NCBI GenBank assembly: GCA_030295235.1
Contig: AP026127.1
Span: 1,054,001-1,118,000 of the forward strand
Source: Fistulifera solaris
Lineage: Eukaryota
Length of the DNA: 64,000 nt
Direction: 5' to 3'
In this document: positions 12,087-24,418 of the stretch, piece after piece
Numbering within the stretch: position 1 is the first letter of the stretch
Layout: the number at the start of each line of letters is the position of its first letter
Made by a program: the position numbers and the translations under genes
Notes under the pieces: generated by a model
Database searches by the model: none
Told to the model about the DNA's origin: nothing
Seen by the model: the letters and a program-made list of their open reading frames with translations, nothing else

Positions 12087-14438
12087 CTACCAGAACTCGA
12101 ACATTCTTTTGCACTGCCGAGGCAAGTACGGGCGCATGCGCAAGCAAACAACAACCTTGCACTCCCGCTCCAGGTAAGGACGGGTGCGGAGGCAAGAAAC
12201 AGAACTTTTCTTTTTCTTTGACATCGCATGATCCAAACTCGGCATCGCATCCTCATTCATGTCAACCGGATCATCCAAAGCTGGCATCGCAGCTGACTCC
12301 ATACCAACCGGAATCTCAACACTCGACCCCGCAATCGCATCCACCTCCGGTTCAGCCTCTTTGATTGAAGACGCCATTGCATCCGCCTCCGTGTCAATCA
12401 CATCATCAAAACTTGGCATCGCAACCAACCCCATGTCCACCGGAATCTCAACACTCGACCCCGCTATCGCATCCACCTCCGGTTCAGCTACTTTGTTTGA
12501 AGACGCCATTGCATCCGCCTCCGTGTCAATCGCATCATCAAAACTTGGCATCGCACCCAACCCCATGTCCACCGGAATCTCAACACTCGACCCCGCTATC
12601 GCATCCACCTCCGGTTCAGCCACTTTGTTTGAAGACGCCATTGCATCCACCTCCGTGTCAATCGCAACATCGAAACTCGGCATTGCACCCAACCCCATGT
12701 CCACCGGAATTGCATCCACCTCCGTGTCAATCGCACCATCAAAACTCGGCATTGCACCCAACCCTATGTCCACCGGAATCTCAACACTCGACCCCGCTAT
12801 CGCATCCACCTCCGGTTCAGCCACTTTATTTAAACACCCCATTGCATCCACCTCCCTGTCAATCGCATCATTCAAACTCGGCATAGCATCCACCTCCACG
12901 TCAACAGGGTCATCCAAACTCGCCATCTCTACATCTAACTCCATTTCAGTCATAGGATCCTTCTCGACAGAAGCAAGAAGTGTCGAATTTTTGAAACGCA
13001 TGGGAGACTCAGCAGCCGGTGCTGTCTTCATTGGATCAGAACGTATTACCCCAGTTGCAACGGAAAAGTGATGCTCATGCATTGCTTCTGTTTCCAAGAA
13101 GCTGTCAGGTTGATTGTCAACACTGTCACCGTCGCCGTATCCGTCATCGGCAGCGTTAGCGTAAACATCAGCACTGTCAAGACATGCTTCCTCATCCTCC
13201 TTATCCTGAGGCAGTTGCAGTTGCAGTGGCTCAACCGGAAAACCGCAAAAGTGGTAGTCGTACCACGTAATACACTTTGATAAAACTTGTTGTACCATAC
13301 CAAGTGCCGCTCGTATGATTCCCACGAGCCAAATCCGGGAGGAACGTGTCCAAATTTTCGCAAGTAAGGAAGAATGTCCCTTGAAAATGCCGTCCAATGA
13401 GCCGGATGGCATCTCTCTCCCTTCTCATCTACGAAAAACGTCTCCTCTGAAAACGCTGGAATATGGTTTACAAACATGCGGTACATCTGCGTGCAAAAAA
13501 CGGATTCATCGTCACTAGGAAACACCTCGAATTGACGTTCCCAGTCAACTTCCTGTGTTTTCAAGTTCGTGAATTCGTTCGACATGTAGCGACCGTCGTA
13601 GCAATCTCCCAGCTCTTCCGCGCTCATTTCATAATAAGGCTTGATGAGAACGAACGAACACAACTTGTCTTCAGGTGCAAATCGAACACGACGACGAACA
13701 CGACCAAGACGACGAACACGACGCCGGACCCAATTTTTGACGAAACGAACTTTTTGGTTTGGAGCAGATTGTTGCATGTTTTGCATGAAGTCACGGCGAC
13801 ACTCACGCAAAAGACGAATGCGGTCGAGAGCAAAAGAGCTGGACGTCTCGAAGTCGCCCAATCGCAAATAATGAATTGCTTTTGTTGCTGCGGACGAACG
13901 ACGAAGCTCAGCAAACAACAAATACAAGCCAACTGCGGAAGTACCGATCCATCTGGCATCTCCACAAGCCGCAACAACTCCAATCACCATAAGAAAGAGG
14001 ACGAAGACGAAAGACACACAAAAAAATGACACGACGGTTTCGCTTCAAATCAAATTGTTTCCCCGTAGAGTCAAGTACCGGGGCTACAGGACGAAACATC
14101 GTGAGACTTGGAGTCTCCAAACGAACTGAAAACTCCGTGTTCTTTTGCAAGAGAACATCTTCACGATACAAACAGCCGTTTGCGCTGAAAAGAACGAAGC
14201 AAACAGCCGCACGACGACCAAACAACGCCCACATGGTCGAGCAAAAACTCTTCAGCGCCAGAAGAGCGATTTCTGCGACGGTCCGAGCGCAGAAACGCAT
14301 CAACACAAGCCCTGCAACGCAAGCAGGCACAAGGATGATGCAAAGAACCGACAAGAGCAACAGAACAAGCAAACAGACGCAGGAGAAAACACACACCGAC
14401 TCCGAAAGCGACTGAACACTTGCGCTGTTGCGTAGCAT
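12087..14438 (-). CDS. Unknown protein (copy A): hydrophobic N-terminus, RVRF motif, 44-aa acidic repeats, basic C-terminal repeat; frameshifted
   Basis: Three overlapping ORFs (from ATG 14438; 13046-14032; 12087-13412) can be joined by shifts at the T7 run near 14025 and near 13265. Contains RRRVRFAPEDKLCSFVLIKPYYEMSAEE and ends with a twice-repeated CLRxRPYLxRxCK. Confidence 0.55.
12235..12900 (-). repeat. Coding tandem repeat, 132 bp / 44 aa
   Basis: GAAGACGCCATTGCATCC at 12367, 12499 and 12631; unit AMPSFDDAIDTEADAMASSNKVAEPEVDAIAGSSVEIPVDMGLG. Confidence 0.92.
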
Positions 14439-15727
14439 ACTACAATCTCCAGAGCAAACTGAATCTTCGCCGGAGCGAAGAAACAGCCAATCCGGCCGAC
14501 AGGAGACGTAAGGGTGCAAGGATGTAGGTCCATAACAACCGGATCTTCCGAAGTCGGCATCGAATCTAACTCCATCGGCACACCCTCTTCTGCAAATACC
14601 CAACGCTTCACTGTGGGGGACCATTCCATCGGTACAGATTCCTCGGCAAACCGCTTCGCATTCACAGGAGTGGGAGGCGTCGGTGACCAGTCCATTGGCA
14701 CAGCATCGTCCGTATCGATCGTCTCCTCGAACAATTTCACTTTGACCAAAGCAAGAACTGTCGACGCGGAGCTCATAGAAGACTCAGCAGCCGGTTTCGT
14801 CTTCATTGGAGCAAAAGGCATCGCCCCAATGCGACGACGACAATGACGAGGATCAGTGAGGTGTTCACGAGCACTTAGTTGCCCAATCCGTTCGATGAAA
14901 CAAAACGACAGCAAATCATCATCCGGGCGAAAACGAACGCGAAGAAGACCGCTTTCCTTCAACAAACATCGGAAATGTGCGTTCCAAACAACACGCTTGT
15001 TTGAAAATTCACACACACGGCGAATGGGATCGAGAGCAAAAGAGCTGGACGTCTCGAAGTCGCCCAATCGCAAATAATGAATTGCTTTTGTTGCTGCGGA
15101 CGAACGACGAAGCTCAGCAAACAACAAATACAAGCCAACTGCGGAAGTACCGATCCATCTGGCATCTCCACAAGCCGCAACAACTCCAATCACCATAAGA
15201 AAGAGGACGAAGACGAAAGACACACAAAAAAATGACACGGTGTTTTCGCTTCAAATCAAATTGTTTCCCCGTAGCATCAAGTACCGGAGCTACAGGACGA
15301 AACATCGTGAGACGTAGAGTCTCCAAACGAACTGGAAACTCCGTGTTCTTTTGCAAGAGAACATCTTCACGATACAAACAGCCGTTTGCGCTGAAAAGAA
15401 CGAAGCAAACAGACGCACGACGACCAAACAACGCCCACATGGTCGAGCAAAAACTCTTCAGCGCCAGAAGAGCGATTTCTGCGACGGTCCGAGCGCAGAA
15501 ACGTATCAACGCAAGCCCTGCAACGCAAGCAGGCACAAGGATGATGCAAAGAACCGACAAGAGCAACAGAACAAGCAAACAGACGCAGGAGAAAACACAC
15601 ACCGACTCCGAAAGCGACTGAACACTTGCGCTGTTGCGCAGCATACTCACAATCTCCAGAGCAAACTGAATCTCCGCCGGAGCGAAGAAACAGCCAATCC
15701 GGCCGACAGGAGACGTAAGGATGCAAG
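13824..15727. repeat. Two near-identical ~690-bp direct repeats (13824-14520 and 15030-15727)
   Basis: TCGAGAGCAAAAGAGCTGGACG...AGGAGACGTAAGG(G/A)TGCAAG is present twice at an offset of about 1206 bp with few substitutions. Confidence 0.95.
14521..15644 (-). pseudogene. Truncated paralogue (copy B) of the 12087-14438 gene
   Basis: Same 5' part as copy A, then a diverged homologous segment (RVRFRPDDDLLSFCFIE; PMKTKPAAESSM vs PMKTAPAAESPM). It has no separate 3' end and reads into the upstream region of copy A. Confidence 0.55.
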
Positions 15728-16261
15728 TAAAGAGCACGAAGCTCGCGAAAGTTTTGTTTGTTTTGATAGAGTTTATCATTTTGTTGCAAGACCTTGTTTC
15801 AAGAGAAAAAAGTGCGGGAAAAACCGCGCAGCACGCGCCGCCGCACCGCCGCGGAAGTGAAGCGGCGACGGGCTGCTGCGGTAGAATACAATACGGTATA
15901 ATTTTGGCTTTATACGTATTTTGCGACGAAGATAGTATAGCATAATCTGTAACGTCTGTTAATTTAGTCTTGTATGTATACAAAGTATGCCCAAAATATA
16001 CAGGCCTCTTTGTTTTACAACTTAGTTTCCTCTTGTTTGAAAGGAAAAGCGCAAAAGGTGATCCGATTGTATCATTATTGTAGCCTCTTTCGTTTTTCTT
16101 GCAGTTATTTGAGTGCACACTTGATTCTAAAGCAATGGTTTTGTCGCAGTCGCCAGGAATCTCCAGGTATGCCTTTTCTTTCGCGTTTCCGTTGCGACAT
16201 GTCGTCGTACATGTTTGCCATTACGATACCTGGTAGCATTATTCCCTAGATAAACAAAACA

Positions 16262-16830
16262 ATGTTGAGACTTCTTTTCAAACTCCCAAACAAAGCCGGC
16301 GGGAGATGTTTCTCTACAGAGAGACTTACCGGAAAGGTCAAGTTTTACAGTCGCACTAAGGCGTACGGTTTCATCGTTCTCGATCGAGGAGGCGATGACG
16401 TCTTTGTGCATCGGACAGCCTTGCAAAGTACCAGTAACGATCCTCGTTACCCTTATCTGAAGCGAGGGGAACGCGTTTCTTTTCCATCCACGCAAATGAT
16501 GGATCGTCTGTTCCACAAGCAACGGCAGTAACATTTGTCGATGGTACACCCGTGTATCCTTTGCGAAAAGATTTTCTAGCTCAGATGACACGTCGAGTGC
16601 AAAACAATATCGGAGAAGAAGTTTTCCACCTCTTTCATAGTCGCGAGTCCGATAGCATCACCATAGATGACATTCGAGCTATTTATGAAGACGCTGCACA
16701 GCAATTGAAAGAGGCGGAGATACTCGTTGAACACCTAGGGATGACACTGGATCAGTTCGAGACACCGACACGACGAAACAAATCCATCCAGAAAGAGGAC
16801 AACGATTTGACAAGTGAAAAGGAAGAATAG
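16262..16830 (+). CDS. Cold-shock domain protein, probably mitochondrial
   Basis: TGKVKFYSRTKAYGFI...DDVFVHRTAL...LKRGERVSF (RNP1/RNP2). Restoring one T at 16480-16483 continues SIHANDGSSVPQATAVTFVDGTPVYPLRKD into the 16552-16830 ORF. Confidence 0.85.
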
Positions 16831-16864
16831 AAATACAACATACTATTTTAGCTTTTACGCAATT

Positions 16865-19800
16865 CTATCCGCTCAATAAACCTTGCTCGTCTCCAAGGAG
16901 CTGCAGACTACCTTTCTTCTTTTTGGGCGTTCGCTTCATGCCCATCTTTCCAAAAAAGCCTCCTTTCTTCCTCTTATCCGATGCGACACTACGATCACCA
17001 TCGTCGTCATTTGATGATTTCGTGTTACCGAACACACCCAGCTTGTCGTCGTCGTCTTCTGATTCAGCAATGGTGGCTAAATGGTGATCGTTAAACGAGC
17101 CGTCTTTTCCGTTCAAGTCGGACAACGATGGCAGTGATGCTGGGGATTCGCGTGGAGAGGGCGATTGGCTCGCTCTCTTCTTGGGGCTTCTTCGTGGTGT
17201 TGTGGCGGTTGTCAGAGAAGTGGGAGGATTTGGCATCGCGTTCGACATTTTGTAAACAGGACGCTGTGCCAAGTCGATCATGTTGTCCGGGATTTTCGCT
17301 AGATCCTTGGCCATTGCAGCAATGCCTATTCCAGTACCTACTTGAGCCCGTGGAGAGTTTTGAACGGTAGCTAAATCATCCAGGGACGTGACGCCATCCT
17401 CCTGATTCCATCGAGAAAAGTGTGCAGCAAGTCCCTTTTCTTCGATAGGGCCGTCGTCGCGAAGTGTACGATTCATTAGCGTATCAGACAAGCTACCACG
17501 GAACGAGGCACTGTTGGCACTCCCACGCCGCCCGCTGGGCATACCGAAGCCTTCCAGCTGAAAAGCATCCATGCCGCTGTCGTCATTAAGTGGTGTTTGG
17601 CGTCTATCCACCTGATGTTGCTTTTTCTTAAAGGTCATGTACTCCTTTTGGATCAAATTGATAGATGTTCCCCGTCTATCAGACATTTCTTGTCGCAACG
17701 TGCTGACACTCATGACCTTGCTCTGCTTCACGCGACGCATCTCAGATTCAAATACTGCAGCAGGATCCAAGCGAGATTTGTTTGATCGACTAGCCCGACT
17801 ACTACGAGATACACGGCTGCGATGACTTTTTGCGATGCCAATGACTTCAGGTCGTTCGGTACAGAGTCACCATCCGCTTGCGATTTCTCATCCGCACTGC
17901 TATGTGACGAGTGGTTCGACTGGTCTTTGTGAGCTGCTTCCGCATTACTGGTGATCATATACACCGACTTCACACTGGGTGCCACGGAAAATTCATCAGA
18001 ATTTCTAGCAATTCGCTTTTGTGTGGGTCGTTCATCGCTTGAAGACGATCCCGCCATCTCTTCTTTGTCGTCGTCGAAAGAGAGTGGATAGCTTGGACAA
18101 ACTCGTTCGTTAACTTGACTTTTCCCTTTCCATCGTTACTTTTTATAAATAATCGCAGACGTTGTACGACCTTATCGTCCTTTTCCTTCTCCTTCATGAT
18201 TCGCTTCTTTTCTTTCTCACGATTTCTTTGACGCGTCCTAATTTCAAACTTCAAAGCAGTTTCGGCATCAACATCGACTTCCTCCCACATGTCATCGAAA
18301 TCAGCATCAACAGTTTCAACCTGGAGTTTCGACTCAAGTTTTGCCACAGCGTTCAGCTCGTCAAAATCCACAGTGTTGTTGTCGTTGCCGTTATCAATTT
18401 CATTTCCTGTTTCATCTTCTGCCCAGCCTTTCTTTTCTCCCTCTGCGCTACCAAAGGACACATCATCGGAGCTACTACTTGATTCCATGTCATCCAAAAA
18501 GGTTTTTGTCGTTTGTTTCCTTAGCGACGTAATAATGATCGTGCTCACTTCTGCTAAGATTATCGATCTCTTCCAGAGCGTCTGAGGGCTCTTCCAATAT
18601 GATATGTTCGGAACCAAAAGCATCAGGGAAGAAACCATCTATCACTGAGCTCCGCTTCGGTGACTTGTCTAATTTCGAATCCTTCTCCCTTTTCTTTTTT
18701 TTCTTTGGCGGTTTCCCAAGGCCGCTTACCACCCTCAATATCATCGTTCCCAAAAATACCGGGGTTTGCATTCAGGATCACATGCTGCACCCCTGAGGTT
18801 CCAACTGGCGCCTGTTTTGAAATGGTTCCTACGCTTATTTCATCACCATGTCGGCTAACTTTTCTCATTTTTCCTAAGTGTTCATTCAGTCCTTTTTTCT
18901 TTTTTCTCCGGCGCCTTTTGTCATCTCCTGAGAAGCCTGTGAAACCGGAAAAAGTTGACATGCCTCCGTTGATGATCGATGAATCGCCTCCGACAGATAA
19001 GCCGCCTGGACTTAAAGCGCTGATTTTACTTTTCATCTCGTTTCTAATTACTGGCGAAAAGTTTACAAGTTGTTGAGATGGCTTCGTTTTAGGACTGACC
19101 ATGGAGTTAGAGCTAACAGATTTTGAAGAAACTGTTGAGCTCGAGCGATGCAGCGGTACAGAATCCTTAGGGTTCTTCAATGGTAACGCCTCTACCCGAG
19201 GTGGTGTCTGTGTCCGAGGCTGAGCGCTAGCTTTCATACCTTGCTCTTCGATCGCTTTGTCTGTCATCTGTTTTGTTTCTATTGTAGAAGCAGGACGACT
19301 TGTCGTCTCTATAGAAGAAACAGGATGTGGGGCGGGTTGTGAGTTGCTTGACAAAACAACGCTTTCCTCTGAGCTTGCCACCGAAGAGAGCTGAGAAGAC
19401 GATGGTGACGGAGTACTCCGGAAAACACCTTGGGCGCTGGGAACCGGAGACTTTGATACAGGTTTTCTCCCCACCCAAACCAGGAGCTACTGTTTTTCTT
19501 ATTGGAGGCTGCAATTTTGTCCTCAGATATATTATTCCGAGTCATGGCAGTCACATTTTCCAAGCGAAGCAAAGGAGCTTCCTTTGGTCCCAATTTGAAA
19601 CTACCGTCGTCTTCGGAAGAGTCAGTTTCATAAGATACAGATGAGTCCGATTCTTTTCGGGAGCCTGAATGGCGGATGAACCATCGAGTGGGGCGTTATC
19701 ATCGTCATGCATGGAGCTCACATCGGAATTGTAGCTCTTGTCTGTCTCGGAGAGCTTGCCAGGTAAATCATTGGCGGATTCTGTTGCCGAGACAACCTTT

Positions 19801-21956
19801 GGCTTAACGATTTCTTGGATAAGTCCTGACATACTACCATTTTCTGAATCGGTATTGTCCTCGTCAGAGACACCCGGCGGTTGAAAATCTACGTCATCAC
19901 CGAATAGATCGTCAAAGCCAAATTCTTTCATTTGAGCCGCCAGCTTGGAAGAAGGTACGAAAGCGTCACTGCTAGTTTGACTGTGCAACGAAGCCCCTTT
20001 CATTAGACTTGAAGGAGCATTGCCGTTGGATGAATCGTTTGGCTCGCAATAGCCGTCTTCATCGCTTTCCTTTGTTTCTTTCAGTGGATTCGACGGATCT
20101 ATTGGTACAGATTGTCTACTGAGTGGTAGATAAATGCCATCCGGTCCACTTGCTATCGATCCCCCATCATTCTCAGCTCCGTCAAGCGCTGAGTTTTTGC
20201 CGGACTCTGGACGGCCGAACATTCCCAAAAGACCGCTAGCTTTAGAACCGGTGCTCGCTTGAGATTTCGATGCCACAGAAGCTACGTCGTCAGAAGTGCT
20301 TGCCCGACTAAAAAAGGCCGCCGAAGAATCCGCCAGATTTCTCTTGCGAGGCTCTTTCCTTTTCTTGTCTGGCTTGTTCACCATTTTCTAAGAAAGCGAT
20401 ATCAATATCAACTATCACATCTTCTTTCTCTCCCGTTGACCCCTTCATTGATGGAAACGGGGTATTCTCGCTGGGCCTCTCACAGATTAATTCCTCTGTA
20501 CGGTCTGAATCGTCGTCACCTTCACTCTCTGACACGATACCTTGGTGACTCAGTTCCGGCACGTTTTCCTGCTTTGGTTCGCCCCCGAAGGAACTTAAGG
20601 CAGCATCATGGGCACCATTGTTATTTTGGCTCTTTTCGCAATCTGCAGCACTACCAACGCTGAATAATTTCTGCACTTCATTTAACTCCAAAGACATAAA
20701 GCCTGATTGTACACTCGCAGCAAAATCGTCGCTATCAGCCCCCACCTGGGCTGCTGATTCGAAAATGGATGCACTGTCCAAACCAGAACTCACATTGCTG
20801 CGTTGAATATCTTTTGGAAAATCCAAAACATGTTTATCCGATTGCGATATTTCTATCTCTTCCGAATCCTCGTTACGTGAATAGATCCCTAAATGCCTGC
20901 TGTTACCTGGTAATTCGTCTTCGCAGGGAGACTGCTCTGCATCCTCCGTAGCATCATTATCACCTCTCTCTTGTTGTGACGTTTCACCGCTTTCCGAATC
21001 CTCAATATTTGCGTTGCTTTGCTCTAAATCTAACCTTGTCTGGAGTTGTCTTGATAATTGGTACGAGGCGTCTCCATATAACACAGTTTCATTGTATACG
21101 TCTTTTCGTAAGTCATCGTCGTCTCCTGATGCAACCGATCGTGATTGCAAGCTCACATGCGACTGTCGTGTAGAATGAGAGACTTCATCATCATGGTCCG
21201 AATCATGATCATACGAATTGTCTTCCTTGAACGGTTCCGCGTCGTGCGACCCCTGAAATTGTGGATTTGAAGTTCCCGAATGCAAGTTTGGGTGCGGCTG
21301 TTCTGTTGACGCATGCGAGTCGCTCTCCGAATCATCTGAAGCGTACTCATTGGATTCATTTTTTCGGACATTTGGTCATCTCCTGATTCGGTAGACGGCG
21401 GCTCCATGCTTTTTGACTGCTCATAGGACCGTGAATTGATGCTTTCTGAGTTTAACATTTCATGTTGCTGGACAGCAGAGTCATCTAATTGTTCTAAGCT
21501 GTCTGAATTATCGTCGCCAGATTCTTCGTGCTTGAATACTTTATTGCCTGCATCGTCAATATTTTTATAAGCATCAACTTGCTGGGGATTCGCTGCTGTT
21601 GCTGAACTTTCGTCGTCATCTCCTTCACTTTCTTCCTCGCTCTCCTCATCGCTACTACTCGCAAATGGATCTTTGACCGTAATTTTGGGTGTATTGCTGC
21701 TGATGATACTGCTTTCTTCACTTCCAAAGGACATGTTGTCGAGAGCCGCCGCGAAAGGGTCGTCTAAGTTACTTGCTCCAGCCTTTTCTGCGTTCGCCAT
21801 TAATTCCTGGATAGACATTGGTGTTTTCTGCTTCTCTGGGCTCTGCTCGCCTCGTCTCATACTGTAAGCATCGTCGGAACCGAATCCCGAGAGACCGGTC
21901 GTAAAATCATGTTTCGGTTCCCCATCGTTTGAAGACGATCCCCAACCCCGAAACAT
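16865..21956 (-). CDS. Large (~1700 aa) low-complexity, probably disordered Ser/Asp/Glu/Lys-rich protein, fragmented by frameshifts
   Basis: Chain of 8-9 overlapping minus-strand ORFs of the same composition from ATG 21956 to stop 16865. The junction near 21360 is repaired by adding one A to an A run. Confidence 0.65.
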
Positions 21957-22754
21957 CCTTCCACGCTGACTGTGCCTGTCGAATGTTTGTTGGCTTTCAA
22001 TTCATGTCAATTGGGAGTGTGAATATCGTCGACTCAACACTCAAAGATAGTCCAGATGATAAAGGGATGATAAAAGAGTCTTCCGAGTTACTGGTATAAT
22101 AAACGCCCTTTTGTTCAGGACGAGGAGTAATACAGGAAATAGAACTTTCAACACGAGCACAAAAGTGCCACCAAAACCTGCACCGCCAACAAGAGCGAAA
22201 AAGTACAGGTACTTGTACAGTTCACAGTTCGATATTATAGTTAAAATGTCCGACAGCGTACTGTATATGCCGGAAGCCCAAACGAGACTTCTTTTTGAGC
22301 CAGTGTAATATACCGTTGTCCGTGCAACGGGAATGTACTTAGGAAATTGATTTCCGTTATAAGAGAACACTGGCTAAAATTGTCCGGTCCTTGGCCCAAA
22401 ACCTTAACGCTATTAATATAAGACTGTTGAGGCAATTGATTTTTGCCCCTCACTTTCTCGCGCGCCTCATTTCTCATTTGCTTATTGTTTCTCCCTTCGT
22501 CGAACTTCGAATACGAATCAATTTTATTACTACAGCTGTAGTCATATCATGTCACCTTCACGGGGAACACGAAAGGGCAATTTGTTTTTGGATCCTTCTG
22601 GATGCGTTCTCGATTTCAGGCATCAAAGAGATGAGAACCCAGTAATTGTGATGGCCTGCGCCGCTGCACCTTCATCCATCATATTTTTGAAGAACCGTCT
22701 TTTCAGAGACCGTTACAACACTTCATTTCAACCAAATTTGAAACATTTGACATC

Positions 22755-24317
22755 ATGGTGACTACAACACCCGCTTATTCGGCCTTGGTAGCATGCCTGG
22801 CTATCGTTTACGTTGTCTTTTCGCACACTACCAAGGGAACTGTGGACTCGTTCCATCAACCCAGTCGTTTTCCGGGCTTCGCCAAGGCTATGCCTACTTC
22901 TATGGGCGACACGAAAGTGAACGTCGAGGTTGACATCAATAATGAAGATGACCCAAACAGCGAGGACCCCGTACAAATCCGATTGCGAGAGGCCAAGGAG
23001 AAGCTACGTGAAGCTAAGGAGCGATTGCAAGGCACGTACGAGGAAGATATTGTTACCCCGGGAGGCTCCGTCGAATCAGAGACTGACGAGAAGCATGAGA
23101 AGAACGAAGGTATCATCGCTGCCATGAAACGAGCGGTTGGACTAGAGAGTGAGCCGACGTCAGCCAAAGCGGAAGAAGCGAGCGACAAAGCGAAAGAGAA
23201 GTACTACGAAACGAAAGATAAAGCGCAAGGAACTTACGATGATGCGAAGAATAAAGCACATGGAACGTACGAAGATGCCAAGAACAACGCACAAGGAGCC
23301 TATTACGACGCAAAGAACAACGCACAAGGAGCTTATAGGGATGCAAAGAACAACGCACAGGGAGCATATAACGATGCAAAGAACAACGCACAAGGAGCTT
23401 ATTACGACGCAAAGGACAATGCGCAGGGAACCTACGAAGACGCCAAGAATAAGCTAGGACAGGCAAAGGACACTGTGCAAGAAAAGGCGGAGAATGCCAA
23501 GAATAGCGCGCAAGGGACGGTGAATGACGCAAAGAATAAGGTGCACGACACGTACGAAGCGGCCAAGGAGAAAGTGTACGAAACATACGAAGCGGCGAAA
23601 GACAATGTGAAAGCTGCCAAAGATACCGTGCAAGAAAAAGTAGGAGAGGCGAAGGACAAAGTGGAAGGTTCGATTGACGACGCAAAGGATAATGTGAATA
23701 GAAAGTACGAAACAACCAAGGAGAACGTGCAAGCCGTAAAAGATACAGTCCAGGACAAGGCCAGTGAAGCCAAACAAGGCGTACAGGACAAAGCAGGACA
23801 AGCCAAGGATACTGTACAAGGAACCTACGAAGCGGCAAAGGAGAACGTCAAGTCAGCCAAAGATACTGTCCAAGGCAAAGCTGAAGACATGAAAGAGAGT
23901 ACCAAGCAAAACGTGGTAGCAGCCAAGGACACTGTTCAAGGCACGGCCGAGGGAGCTAAGAACAAGTTGCACGATACGTACGAAGCAGCAAAGGATAACG
24001 TGCACGGTGCATACGAGTCGACGAAGCAAAATCTGCAAGCCGCGAAGGACAGCGTTAAGAACAAAGCAGAAGAGGCGAAAGATAGTTTAAAAAGTAACGC
24101 GGAGGGAGCGAAGCAGGGTGTACAAGACACAGCCCAAGACGCCAAAAACAAAGCGCAAGCTCAATACGATGAGGCTCTCAAGGAATCTGAACACAAGCAT
24201 GAAAAGCACGATGGCATTCTCGCTTCAATGAAAAGAGCTGTTGGATTGGATAGCAAAGATGACAATGACCAAGACGACGACGATGCCACCATTGAAGTTG
24301 ACGTCAAAGTAAAGTAA
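22755..24317 (+). CDS. Group-3 LEA-like protein with N-terminal signal peptide or anchor
   Basis: Many 11-mer repeats (AQGAYxDAKNN, AKDTVQEKAxx), Ala/Lys/Glu/Asp-rich, hydrophobic N-terminus. Confidence 0.85.
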   Translation: MVTTTPAYSALVACLAIVYVVFSHTTKGTVDSFHQPSRFPGFAKAMPTSMGDTKVNVEVDINNEDDPNSEDPVQIRLREAKEKLREAKERLQGTYEEDIVTPGGSVESETDEKHEKNEGIIAAMKRAVGLESEPTSAKAEEASDKAKEKYYETKDKAQGTYDDAKNKAHGTYEDAKNNAQGAYYDAKNNAQGAYRDAKNNAQGAYNDAKNNAQGAYYDAKDNAQGTYEDAKNKLGQAKDTVQEKAENAKNSAQGTVNDAKNKVHDTYEAAKEKVYETYEAAKDNVKAAKDTVQEKVGEAKDKVEGSIDDAKDNVNRKYETTKENVQAVKDTVQDKASEAKQGVQDKAGQAKDTVQGTYEAAKENVKSAKDTVQGKAEDMKESTKQNVVAAKDTVQGTAEGAKNKLHDTYEAAKDNVHGAYESTKQNLQAAKDSVKNKAEEAKDSLKSNAEGAKQGVQDTAQDAKNKAQAQYDEALKESEHKHEKHDGILASMKRAVGLDSKDDNDQDDDDATIEVDVKVK

Positions 24318-24418
24318 ACGCTGTTCTGATCGCTAGAAGATAGTACATTCAAGCATCTTTAGTCATAAATAATAGTAAACTTTTATACATCAATAAAAAT
24401 TGAGTCACAAGGTCAGCT

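Noticed and set aside
13824..15727. LTR pair of a TRIM or LTR retrotransposon
   Set aside because: No TG...CA ends, PBS, PPT or TSD seen. Homology fades into paralogous coding sequence, fitting tandem gene duplication better.
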